A stretch of 64,000 nt of DNA from an uncultured Nitrospinota bacterium (GTDB lineage: Bacteria > Tectomicrobia > Entotheonellia > J063 > CAVPRW01). Below, one piece after another: positions 20,986 to 31,591 of this stretch (position 1 is the stretch's first letter; the number at the start of each line of letters is the position of its first letter). Under the pieces are notes generated by a model. That model saw only the letters and a list, made by a program, of their open reading frames with translations, ran no database searches and was not told where the DNA came from. The translations under genes and the position numbers were made by a program. The stretch is from NCBI GenBank assembly GCA_963707985.1, contig CAVPRW010000026.1, positions 18,446 to 82,445 on the forward strand, given 5' to 3'.

Positions 20986-23508
20986 ATGTGCAGACCCTCC
21001 GAACGAGTCAAGGCTGTCATCTTCGCCACAATGACGCTGATCGCCTCTCTCGCCATTCCCGTCGGCAGTTCCGTCAGCGATGATCCTATAGCATTGCAAC
21101 AGCGAGCTATTCAGCGTATCGATAGCTATATCGAGCGCTTTCGCAAGACGGGGGACACGGCGTCTCTGCTGCCGGACCTGCAGCAGGCCGATGTCGAGCT
21201 TGCTGCCAGTTACGAAGTTTTTCTGCGCCGCGGAAACCGCGAAGCGGCCGCCTTGAGTTTGATCAAGCGTGGTGATACTGGCCGACTGCGGAATCAATGG
21301 CAGCAGGCCGTTGCTTTCTATCAGCAAGCGCATCAGCTGGCCGAAAAGGCTAACCACCTCGGCTATCAAGCCAAGGCCCTGTTGGGGCAAGCGAGAGCCG
21401 AAGCGTACGGTTTTCGCGATTACGACTCTGCTGGCCTCCACATCGAACAGGCGATCCGCTTGAGCGCTACGCTTGACGATCCGAAGGAGCTCTTCAATAG
21501 CCTTGATGTCATGGCTCAGATCCAGATCAGTCGTGGAGAATTGATCGCCGCGGCCGAGACCCTCAACCGCGCGTTTTCTGTTGTCAGTGCCATCGAGGAC
21601 CAGACGGTGCTGTATTACGCGTATTTCGACCGGGCGGACATCTACCAGAAGCTGGCGGAAAAGTGCGATTACCAACGAACCTTTGAGCCATGCTATGAGG
21701 CCCTCACGCTCGCCCAGGCTGATTATGAACGGGCTTTGTCCCTCGCCAGAAAACTCGGATATACTGGTCTCGCTCAGCAGACAGAGGGATTCTTACGCCG
21801 GCTCGGCACACGCCGGGAAATGATCCAATCGCAAGAAAACTTTCACAAGCAGCTGCTTCAAAGCGCGATTTTCCATCCCAAACAGCCGCCTGATGTGTTA
21901 GTCGATGAGCAATTTCTCACCGGTAGTCAGAACATCCCGCCTGGATTGCTTGGGCTCATGCAGCACTCAGGGGCATTCGCTGGCGGCGATGCGAGGAGCT
22001 TCTATACCCAGGGTTTGTTTCATCAAATGCAGGGGGCAAACGATGCGGCCTTGCACGCGTATCTGAAGGCGGTTGAGCTACTGGAGGTGGACCGCCGCCG
22101 TCTCCGTGATGATAAAAGCCGCGGCACCTTCCTGGAGGATAAAATCGAATTTTACTACACCCCGATTCTGCATCTGCTGGAACGCCGGCATGTGGCGGAG
22201 GCCTTTGAGCTGTTAGAGCGCTCTAGAGCCCGTGGCATGGCGGACCTTCTGGCCAGCAAGACACTGGCTCTGTCGCGGCCAAAGGACCGCGAGCTGTATG
22301 CGGAGTCCCTCAAGGTGCGGGTGCAGATTGCTCGTCTGCAACAAGAGCTGTTTGCCGACAGAGGTCGGGCGGATCGCGATAGTTACGCAGACAGAATCAC
22401 CAACCGTGAGGGGGAAATCCATAAGCTGGAGGCAGAGCATCGCCAGCTCCTCAGTCGCATGGCCCAAGAGGCCCCCAAGCTGCCAGTGTTGGTAGTGTCA
22501 GAGCCAGTCCCCTTACAGCAATTGCAGCAGTCCATGAAGCGGGACGGTTATGAAATGCTGCAGTACCTGGTGCTGGAGAGCGCTGTCCTGCTGTGGCACA
22601 TCAGCGGCGATGCGATACAGGTCAGATCTGTGTTCTTGCCCAGGTCGGAGCTGATCAAGAAGGTGGAGGTGCTGCGCAAGAGCCTCACGCACAGGGACGA
22701 AGTTTTCGATGAACAAGTTGCCCGGGAGATGTTCCTGTTCCTGATTCAACCGGTACTGCAACAGATCAAATCGAACCATCTCGTCATTATCCCCCACGAA
22801 GATCTCTATTACGTCCCGTTTCAGGTGTTCCAGGACCCCTCGGACCGCACCTATCTCGGCGAGCGGTTTCGACTGTCCTACGCCCCCAGCGCGACCATAT
22901 TCTCGGGACTCAGAAAGGCGGAAAACGTCGCTGGAGGTAGGCTACTGGCGGTCGCAGACCCCACGATCCCTGCGGCGCGGAAAGAAGTAGACTTTCTGGC
23001 CAAACTGTATCCTGGCCGCCATAAGGTGGTGAGCGATGTTCTGGTGAGAGAGGCAGACCTCAAGTCCTGGGTTGCGGATTACGACGTGCACCACCTCTCT
23101 GTGCACGGCACATTCAGGCTGCAGGAGCCGCTTCTCTCGTATCTGAAGCTGAGCGCGGGCGGACAGGATGACGGCGAGCTCACCGCTGCAGAGATGTTCG
23201 GTCTCCCCCTGGAGCAGAGCCGCTTGGTGGTGATGAGTGCCTGCGAAACGGGGCAGGCCCAGGCCACCCATGCCAATGAGGTCCTCGGGATGGTGCGCGC
23301 TCTCCTCTATGCTGGCGCCAATACCCTGATTTTATCTGGCTGGAGAGTTGACGCCGCATCGACAGGCCTGTGGATGCAGACGTTTTATAAGGAAGCCCAA
23401 ACCCGATCGGTCGGCGAAGCTGCCCGACTGGCCTTGATAGCGGTGAAGCAAGAGCCTCAATACAGTCATCCCTACTATTGGGGACCGTTTCTCCTGATCG
23501 GGAGGTAG
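20986..23508 (+). CDS. TPR + CHAT (caspase-like) domain protein with putative signal peptide
   Basis: Hydrophobic N-terminus, TPR-like helices, AFELLERSRAR, LVIIPH.DL..VPF, SVHG and SACETG (His/Cys dyad), HPYYWGPF; GGAGG RBS. Confidence 0.9.
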   Translation: MCRPSERVKAVIFATMTLIASLAIPVGSSVSDDPIALQQRAIQRIDSYIERFRKTGDTASLLPDLQQADVELAASYEVFLRRGNREAAALSLIKRGDTGRLRNQWQQAVAFYQQAHQLAEKANHLGYQAKALLGQARAEAYGFRDYDSAGLHIEQAIRLSATLDDPKELFNSLDVMAQIQISRGELIAAAETLNRAFSVVSAIEDQTVLYYAYFDRADIYQKLAEKCDYQRTFEPCYEALTLAQADYERALSLARKLGYTGLAQQTEGFLRRLGTRREMIQSQENFHKQLLQSAIFHPKQPPDVLVDEQFLTGSQNIPPGLLGLMQHSGAFAGGDARSFYTQGLFHQMQGANDAALHAYLKAVELLEVDRRRLRDDKSRGTFLEDKIEFYYTPILHLLERRHVAEAFELLERSRARGMADLLASKTLALSRPKDRELYAESLKVRVQIARLQQELFADRGRADRDSYADRITNREGEIHKLEAEHRQLLSRMAQEAPKLPVLVVSEPVPLQQLQQSMKRDGYEMLQYLVLESAVLLWHISGDAIQVRSVFLPRSELIKKVEVLRKSLTHRDEVFDEQVAREMFLFLIQPVLQQIKSNHLVIIPHEDLYYVPFQVFQDPSDRTYLGERFRLSYAPSATIFSGLRKAENVAGGRLLAVADPTIPAARKEVDFLAKLYPGRHKVVSDVLVREADLKSWVADYDVHHLSVHGTFRLQEPLLSYLKLSAGGQDDGELTAAEMFGLPLEQSRLVVMSACETGQAQATHANEVLGMVRALLYAGANTLILSGWRVDAASTGLWMQTFYKEAQTRSVGEAARLALIAVKQEPQYSHPYYWGPFLLIGR

Positions 23509-23510
23509 CC

Positions 23511-24473
23511 GTGGCTGATCTGTGGCAGGATCTGGGCGACAAGATCAAGGGGCTGGCTGGCACCTGGACCGCCTATACCGCCCTGGGGAGCTTCACCCTC
23601 TACCTCCTGGGCTATCTCACACTTCGATTCCACCTCACCGCTCTGGGTGTCGGCACCGATTTGGCGGTCTTCGATGAGCGCTATTTTTTCGCCGGGGCCA
23701 AATTCCTGGTTTACCTGGTGTCCTCTGTCCCGATTGTGGTGCTGCTCGGGCTGGTGGTGTTTGCCCTGGTGTATCTCCTGTCTCGCCTCCTGGGATGGAG
23801 ACGCCTGAGACGAGCGGGGGACGCAGTAAAGGGCTGCTGGCAGAGGCTCCTCATCTGGTGGTCTGATCCCAACAGACTGACCGTCACCGGAATTATCCTG
23901 GCGGTCGTGATCATCCAGTTCGTCATGCGCCAGTGCTTTCTCTTCAGCAATCTATTGCTGGCACCCAGCCTGCCGAAACCCAAATGGCTCCAATGTCTGC
24001 TGCTAGCACCGGAAGAAGGCTTTCGGTCCCTGTACTTCTCCGGGCTGTTGGCCAGCGCGGCGCTGACCGGCGGTCTGTGGATATTAGCCAGACACCAGCC
24101 TAGGGACACGACTCGATCGCATCTGCTGCATGGCCTGTTAGGCTTTCTCGTCGCCGTACAACTCTTGCTGCTGCCGGTGAATTACGGCATACTCATCGCT
24201 GACAAAACCATCCCGAAGGTGGCCAACCTCGGCAATCAAAAGTCGTTGCAGGTGGCGGAGGAGGCGTGGCTGGTGTGGGAGGGAAAGGATGGGGTAAGCT
24301 ACCTGGTCAGGGGTAGACAGGCTGGCAAGGAGCAGCGCGCGCTGATCACCATACCCCGCGGCGATGTCAAAGAAATCAACATAATCGCTTATGACCCCAT
24401 CCTGCGAGTCCTCTTTGCCGAGCGCGCGAGCCAGACATTACCGCAGCTGGAGAGCGAACAGGGGGGACGCTAG
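23511..24473 (+). CDS. Integral membrane protein (about 5-6 TM), unknown function
   Basis: Several hydrophobic segments and a soluble C-terminus; GGAGG RBS; begins 2 bp after the CHAT stop. Confidence 0.75.
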   Translation: MADLWQDLGDKIKGLAGTWTAYTALGSFTLYLLGYLTLRFHLTALGVGTDLAVFDERYFFAGAKFLVYLVSSVPIVVLLGLVVFALVYLLSRLLGWRRLRRAGDAVKGCWQRLLIWWSDPNRLTVTGIILAVVIIQFVMRQCFLFSNLLLAPSLPKPKWLQCLLLAPEEGFRSLYFSGLLASAALTGGLWILARHQPRDTTRSHLLHGLLGFLVAVQLLLLPVNYGILIADKTIPKVANLGNQKSLQVAEEAWLVWEGKDGVSYLVRGRQAGKEQRALITIPRGDVKEINIIAYDPILRVLFAERASQTLPQLESEQGGR

Positions 24474-27419
24474 TGAAGAAGATTTTTGCACTCTTGTTCA
24501 TCGTCTTGTGGCCCTTCTGCCAATCGACTGCCTATGCTGACGACCCCATGCTGGTTATCGACAGTGGGGGGCACATGGCTATTATTAGGAGCATCATGTT
24601 TACCAGCGACGGGAAATATCTGGTTTCCGCTGGTGATGACAAGGTGGTCCGGATTTGGGATGTCGCAACAGGCTAAGACCGTTCGGACCATCCGGGGTCA
24701 GATCGGCGACGGGAATGAGGGAAAGGTCTTTGCCGCGGCGCTCTCCCGAAATGACAAATACCTGGCGGTGGGGGGATGGATGCACTCCGAATGTCCGGGG
24801 CAATGCGGAAACATCCGCCTATTCAATTATCAAAGTGGAGAGGTTATAGGGCTTCTTAAGGGGCATACGGATGCGGTGGATAATCTCGCCTTCTCCCCGG
24901 ATGGCCGATACTTGGCCTCCGGTAGCAATGATCAAACGGTGCGGCTCTGGGATGTGAACCAGATGAAGGAAACTCATGTGCTTCGTGGCCATGGAGATTT
25001 TATTTATGCAGTAGCCTTCTCCCCAGATGGAAGCCGGGTATGTATCCGGAAGCAATGATAAGACCCTGCGGCTGTGGGATGTGATGCAGGATAGACTGAT
25101 CAAGGAGATGAAGGGACATACGGACAAGGTATGGTCCGCTGCCTTTTCGCCCGACGGCCGTCATATCGCCTCTGGCAGCCTAGACAAGACCATCCGGCTC
25201 TGGGACGCCAAGACCGGCAAGTTCATCAAGGTCCTGGGCAGTCAGGGCACTGGCGTGGCCCGCCTCTCCTTTAGCCCGGACAGCCGATGGCTCCTCACAG
25301 GTTCAGAAGCGGGTGGTGAGAACATTTCTAATGTTTTCGCCGTCCCTTCAGGTGATGTCATCGCCCGCTTTGAAAAGCATGATAACATCGTCATGAGCAC
25401 CGGAGTCTCTCCAGACGGAAAGATGGTCGCCACCGGAGGAGGGAGTAACAAAGAGATTTATCTCTGGAACCCGCGGAACGGGGAGGTCATCACAAAGCTG
25501 GCGGGCATGGGAGAGACTGTCTGGAACGTGGGGTACTCGCGCGACGGCCGCTCGATCGCTTTTGGGAATAAACCCAACAACAAAGGCGCCAACGACCGAG
25601 GGCCATTGCAAACAATCATGACGTTAAAACAAGGGAATGATTACCAGATCGCGCTGGGGGGTGAAGTGGGTGAAAAGCCCGACTATCTCAGGGCCATAGA
25701 GCGACACGGCGATTATGAGCTGAAGACGCGCCAGGGTGGGGCGTATGGTTACCAGGCTATTCTGCAGATCCTCAAAGCGGGAAAGGTCATCCATGAGATC
25801 ACCCGAGATTCCACGTCCGGTCTCGGTCACTACTCCTATACTTTTACCCATAATGGCCGCTACATCATCAGCGGCGGTGGCACCGGCGACCTTACCCTCT
25901 ACGATACGGAAACGGGAAAGGAGGTGCGCCAGTTTGTCGGCCACACCAGCACTGTCTGGTCCATGGCAGTTTCACCTGACAACCAAACGCTGGTCTCTGG
26001 GTCCTATGATCAGACGGTGAGGCTCTGGGATATCGCGTCTGGCCGCAACCTCCTGACCATGTTCGTCGGCTCTGATCACGAGTGGGTAGCCTGGACCCCG
26101 CAGGGCTACTACACTTCCAGCCTCCAGGGCGATCGGTACATCGGTTGGCATCTCAATCAGGGGGAGGATAAAGCTGCCAAATACTATAGCGCCTCGCAAT
26201 TCCAGAAACAATTCTACCGCCCCGATGTGGTAGCGGAGTACCTCAAAAGCCGCGATATCCAGGTTGCCGTCCAACGCGCCAACGCCGAGCGCGGTGGGAC
26301 GTATCGTGGACAACCAGACATCGCTGCACCGGATGTCTCGAGCTTTCTGCCACCGTTACTCTATGTCGTCGCCCCAACTCAAGAGCAGAGCACCGTGAGC
26401 CACGATTCTGTGTCGGTCAAAGCCGTCGCTCTCTCCCAGACCCTCCCGAGTCAGTGATCGTAAAGGTCTACCTCAACGGCATCCAGTTGGCAGGAGGGGC
26501 ACAAGGTAAGGTCAAGGGGGCGCCATTTCAGCGGGAAGTGGAGCTGGAAGTCACCCTCGAAGAGGGGGTAAATACCCTGACCTTCATCGCTGCCAACGAG
26601 AAGGCGACATCCGAGCCCACCTTCAGGCGGATTTCCTACGCCGGCCGCAAGAAAGACCAACGCCCCAACCTGATTCTTCTGGCCATCGGCATCTCTGAGT
26701 ATCAGGACAAGAACTTCAAGTTGGATTTTGCCCATCAAGACGCCGTCGAGGTGGAGAAGGCCTTTAAGACGCAGGAAGGCCGCACCTTCGCCGAGGTCAG
26801 GACCAAGCGCCTCACCAATCAGCAAGCCACGCGGGCCGACATCATCCGAGGCCTGGACTGGCTCCGCCGGGAGGGCACGGAGAAGGATTACCGGCTGCTG
26901 TTTCTGTCTGGGCACGGTGGCGTAGACCGCCAGAGCAACTACTTCTTTTACTCCTATGACCATGACCCTCAGGAGGACCTGGAGGTTTATGACGTCAGGT
27001 GGACCACCTTCTTGGACAAGCTCACCGCCGTTCCCGGCAAGGCGATTTTGATGGTGGATACCTGCCGCGCCGCGGCTCTCGCCGGCGGGCCGAAGACGAA
27101 AGGGCCGGTCAATTTCGAGGAGATCCTCAAAGAGATGCAGAGCGACTACCGTGGGCTCGTCACCTTCGCGGCTTCCACTGGGAGGCAGATGTCAATCGAG
27201 AAACGGGAGTGGGGTCATGGGGCGTTCACCAAGGCCCTGCTCGAAGGCCTCTCCGGCAAAGCCGACGGCTACGGCGGTAAGGCGGACGGATACATCGATA
27301 CCAAGGAGCTCGGTGCCTGGATCATCGAGCGGGTCAGGGAGCTGACCGCTAAGGAACAGCACGCCATTCACACCCAGCCCCCAGAGCTGCCGTCCTTCCC
27401 GCTCTACGTGGTCAGATAA
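24473..27419 (+). CDS. Signal peptide + WD40 repeats + caspase (peptidase C14) protein; frameshifts near 24,673, 25,040 and 26,450
   Basis: MKKIFALLF signal; many GH...SPDG..LASGS.D.TVRLWD repeats; EWVAWTPQGYY; LAIGISEY, LSGHG, DTCRA, HGAFTKALLEGL. Confidence 0.88.
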
Positions 27420-27462
27420 GGCCTCTCGCGAACAGGTGTGATTCAGGAGGAAGGAGAGAGTC

Positions 27463-28200
27463 ATGTCACGCATGTTCCGCCCTGTTCTCATCCTCTCCTG
27501 CTGGGCTTGGCTCGTCGCCACCGCCATACCCTGGCAGGAGGCCTGGTGTCAATCCTTCTGGGCTACCGTCCTGAGGGTGACGGGCATATCGGCGACTCCT
27601 AGCCAGCTGAAAGGTCCGGATGATGAAATCCAGGCTGGAGATATCTGGGTGGCTGACCTGCCTCGGAAGACTCGGTTGCGGGTCACACGCCATGGCGGCT
27701 ATCGCTCTCCTATCTTCTTGGCAGGCGATGAACATATACTCGCCCTGAAAGGAAATACGATCATCCAGATTTCTGTCTCTGGAGGTGAGTCAAAAAATCT
27801 CCACACGCTTCCAGACATCGCGAAGATCGTCGGTTTGGATAAGGGGGATCCCGACAAAGCTCTTATCCTCTTTCACAAGGCAGCGGCAAGCGACGTGGCG
27901 GGTGTGCTCTCGGTGAAGAGCGGGCAGGTGACCGTCCTGCCCTATGATCGCGAAGCCCAGGATGTCGCGGGCATGATCAACCATATGAAAGAATGGGAGA
28001 GGGTGTATGGCGACACCAAGGTTTATGTGAGGAGCGAGAGCAAGAGCGATATGGGCGGAACCGTCGGGTGGACCGACGTTTATCTCAAGCAGGGAAATAG
28101 TTCCCCGGTCAATGTCAGCAGGTGCGATGGGGTCAATTGTGGCCAGCCTTCTCTCTCTAATGACGGTCGGCAGGTGGTCTTTGTAAAGGCGCCAGAGTAA
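27463..28200 (+). CDS. Secreted hypothetical protein with TolB/PD40-like beta-strand motifs
   Basis: Signal-like N-terminus; GDIWVADL, YRSPIF, QPSLSNDGRQVVFVK. Confidence 0.6.
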   Translation: MSRMFRPVLILSCWAWLVATAIPWQEAWCQSFWATVLRVTGISATPSQLKGPDDEIQAGDIWVADLPRKTRLRVTRHGGYRSPIFLAGDEHILALKGNTIIQISVSGGESKNLHTLPDIAKIVGLDKGDPDKALILFHKAAASDVAGVLSVKSGQVTVLPYDREAQDVAGMINHMKEWERVYGDTKVYVRSESKSDMGGTVGWTDVYLKQGNSSPVNVSRCDGVNCGQPSLSNDGRQVVFVKAPE

Positions 28201-28559
28201 GTGAGGTAGCCGGAGTCATGTGGTGTACCGGCCTAATGCCGCAGGGAAATTGCGCTCAAGTATTCTCCTGAGGACCCGCATGGTGGTGGGCCGAGGTGCG
28301 AGTAAAATATCTGAGATTCGATTGTCCCGGAGGCTGGAGCAACTGCCCGCACCCGGAAGACCTATTGCGAGGCTTGCTCGGCGTGGAGGGGGATGTGCTC
28401 TTCTCGCACAGGCGTGGATTCGATGGATGGCCTGAACGCCCCGCACTGCGAGAGCAAACAATCGACCTCACAACCACGACTCTCAACGTAATGCTCATGG
28501 GCTGCAGCTCGCCAGTCATCGATACGCAGAGCCTGAGCGTTGCCCAGTATCCAGGGCTG

Positions 28560-29470
28560 GCCAGACAGGCAGAAGAAGCTCAACGCCAGCGGCACGCGCG
28601 ATGGCACTGTACGAACAGATCGGCCGGCTGAAGATGGACCTGGCGTGGGTGAAAAAAAACGCGACCCGCGTCGGCTGACGACACGCGCGGGCTGATCGAG
28701 CCAGGGCCTGCAGCCCTGCGTCTGCGCCGGCCGTGCGAACGGCTGGGCCTGAACCGGGCGACGTGGGACGACGAGCCGCGGGGCGAATCGGACTGGCACG
28801 TGCGGTTGATGCGGCTGATCGACGAGCCGTGCCTGCGCGCGCCGATCGACGGGGTGCCGCGCAGGACGGCGTCTCTGGCACAGACGACGCCGCGTGCGGT
28901 CAACGCCAAGCGTGTGCGGCGCTTGATGCGGCTGATGGGCGTGCAAGCGATCGACCCAAAGCCGCGCACGACGCTGGGAAGCCGGGACCATGCGGTATGT
29001 CCGTACCTGTGGCGTGGGGTCGAGAGCGTGCGGCCCCATCAGGTCTGGTCAACCGACATCACCGACGTGCCGATGCGGCAAGGGTTCATGTAGCTGGTCG
29101 CGATCTTGGACTGGTACAGCCGTGACGTGCTGGCCTGGGAGTTGTCCAATAGCCTGGACGGCGAGTGTTGCCTGACGACCCTGGAGCACGCGCTGCCGCT
29201 CGGCACGCCGGAGATCGGCAACACGGAGCAGGGCGCGCAGTGCACCGCACCGGCCTGCACGGGCCGGCTGCAGGCCGAGGGCATGCGCGTGCGCATGGAT
29301 GGGCGCGGGCGCGCGTGTGACCCCATCTGCGTGGAGCGACTGTGGCGCCCGGTCACGTACGCGGACCTCGACATCAACGACGACGCCCGCGTGGCGGCGT
29401 TGCTGGTCGGCCTCACGCGCGATTGGCACTTTTACCACCATGAGCGCCTGCATCAGCGTCTCGGACGATC
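28560..29470 (+). mobile_element. Degenerate IS3-family transposase remnant (orfA tail plus orfB)
   Basis: LYEQIGRLKM; A8 slippery site 28652-28659; KRVRRLMRLMG, QVWSTDIT, ILDWYSR, MDGRGR, VERLWR; in-frame TAG 29091-29093; no terminal IRs seen. Confidence 0.9.
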
Positions 29471-29529
29471 ACCGTCGTCTGTCGCGATCGGAGCGAACTC
29501 TACGCCGACGGGATTCGCCGGGGGGGGGC

Positions 29530-29930
29530 CCCAAGCCGTCTGTGGTCTCTCCCTTGGGAAGGCGCAGATGCTGGCCGGCCATCTGGAGGAGGCACACGCC
29601 CTCACCGAGGGTGTGCTGGCGCATGCCCGTGAGCGACAGGAACATGGCTACCAAGCGTATGCCGTGCGCCTGCTCGGCGATATTGCGGCGCGGCGCGAGC
29701 CTCCGGAGAGTGATCAGGCCAAAGATGACTACTGCCAGGCCCTGGCCGAGGAGTTTGGCATGCGGCCGCTCGTGGCCCACTGCCACCTCGGCCTCGGCAT
29801 GCTGTATGCCACGGCCGGCCGGCCAGAGCAGGCCCGCCCCGAACTGTCCGCCACCATCGCGCTGTACCGCTCCCTAGAGCTGACCTTCTGGCTGCCCCAG
29901 GCAGAAGCCGCGCTGGCACAGGTGGGATAA
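29530..29930 (+). pseudogene. C-terminal TPR fragment of an adenylate cyclase/AAA-ATPase/TPR protein
   Basis: AYA.RLLGDIAARREPP, GMRPLVAHCHLGLG, TFWLPQAEAALA. Confidence 0.75.
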
Positions 29931-30028
29931 TACACCACGACGGGGAGAGCAGCAGGCAACAGAGAGTTCAGGCTCAGGCTTCTCATGCTATAATGCAATC
30001 ACACGGAAGCTGAAGCTGCGAGGGATGG

Positions 30029-30190
30029 ATGATGCCAACATTAGAGATCGAAATCCCCGAGCAGACGCTGGAATATCTGGACATCGAGCTGAGCGAATTT
30101 GCGATGGCGATGAGGACCATGGCCGCCCTGAAAATGTATGAGTTGGGCCGCCTCGCCTCCCGCCGGGCGGCTGTGCTTGCCGGTGTCTCA
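30029..30190 (+). pseudogene. UPF0175-family antitoxin-like gene, 3'-truncated
   Basis: AALKMYELGRLAS.RAA.LAGVS, then an abrupt switch to a cyclase N-terminus. Confidence 0.65.
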
Positions 30191-31170
30191 CATCGAGGCA
30201 AGGTCACCTATAACGCGCTGAAGCACCAGTTCCAGCTGGACGACGACCAGTTGGCGGTTCTTAAGGACGAGCTCCTTTACGTCCACCCGCAGGTGGTCGA
30301 CGACGGCGGCCGTGACTTGCGCTGGACAGGCGATACAGCCACGACCCAGGTGCACGCCCCACCAGCCCCCCAACAGGAACCGCCACTCATCAGCCAGACA
30401 GAGCACCCGCCCCAAGATGCCCCCCTACATACCACACCGCGGCCTCCTGAGGCGGAGCGCCGCCAGCTTACGGTCCTGTTCTGTGACCTGGCCGACTCCA
30501 CCTATCTTTCTGGTCAGCTTGACCCGGAGGACCACCGCGAGGTCGTGCGGGCCCACCAGGCGACCTGTGCAGAGGTGATACAGCGCTTTGAAGGGCATAT
30601 CGGCCAGTATCTGGGCGATTGCCCTGCTGGTATATTTTGGCTACCCGCGAGCGCATGAAGATGACGCTCAGCGGGCCGTGCGTACCGGCCTGGGCATCCT
30701 TGACGCTATGGCGACGTTGAACGCTTACCTAAAACAGACCCAAGGCCCGCGGCTCGCCGTCCGGATCGGCACCTATCCCGGGCTGGTGGTCGTAGGCACA
30801 ATGGGGAACGGTGGCCGACACGAGCAGCTGGCTCTGGGAGAGACGCCCAACCTCGCAGCCCGGTTGCAAAGCCTAACTGCGCCCGACACGCTGACGATCA
30901 GCGACACGACGCACCGGCTGGTGCATGGTTATGTCCGCGGCGACGACCTTGGCCCCCACCGCCTGAATGGGGTCGAGACGCCCATGCGGGTATACCGTGG
31001 GGTGGGGGAAAGCGCCGCCCAGACCCAGCTCTGCTCTTGGGGGCTCACAGGGCATTGGGGGCGACGTTGTTGGTGTGTGGAGAGTTGACCACCCAGGTGC
31101 ACTTCGAGTAGGGGATTGCCCTCTATGACCCCCAACAGCATAGCGCTCTCGCCGTCGTATACGGACAGAA
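30190..31170 (+). pseudogene. Class III adenylate/guanylate cyclase-AAA protein fragment (frameshift near 30,620; internal deletion)
   Basis: EAERRQLTVLFCDL, QYLGD, YFGYPRAHEDDAQRAV, GETPNLAARLQ. Confidence 0.85.
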
Positions 31171-31188
31171 CCAAGGAGGTAGGAGCCG

Positions 31189-31488
31189 ATGAGGCTCATC
31201 CGTATCACCTAAGACCCTGAAGGAGACATCCTGTACCTTACCTTTGGGCAGCCCACCGCAGCTACTGGATATCAGCTCTCCGACCAGTTGCTGCTGCGAG
31301 TAGATCCGCAAACCCAGAGGCCAGTTGAGCTGACGATCTTTAATTTCTCAGTGCACGTGGCGGGCGGTTGCCAGCTCCCTTTGCCTGGGATAGAACAGTA
31401 TCCCGAGACCAAAGCCTTATTGTTGCAGATCCTCGCGACTCCCTCGATCGCCCATTTTCTAAGGGTTGCCGAGGGACAGCAGGGGTAA
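31189..31488 (+). pseudogene. DUF2283-like small protein with internal stop
   Basis: MRLIRIT*DPEGDILYLTFG...LLRVDP; the stop replaces the expected Tyr of YDPE.DILY; AGGAG RBS. Confidence 0.55.
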
Positions 31489-31591
31489 GTGCTGTGCTTC
31501 TCCGTCCTTCTCTGCAAGAAACCGTTGTGGGGTAATACATGATGACAGTGCACTGCGAGCTTCCCTCTTGACATTCAAGGAGTAATCACAA

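Noticed and set aside
20986..23508. CHAT protein as a Craspase (type III-E Csx29) component
   Set aside because: It is about 33 kb from the array, has an apparent signal peptide, and no Cas7-11 or Csx30 is in the window.
29106..29930. Apparent integrase-TPR fusion protein
   Set aside because: Chance in-frame join of a mutated IS3 orfB relic and a cyclase-family TPR tail; the transposase part has an upstream stop and damaged motifs.
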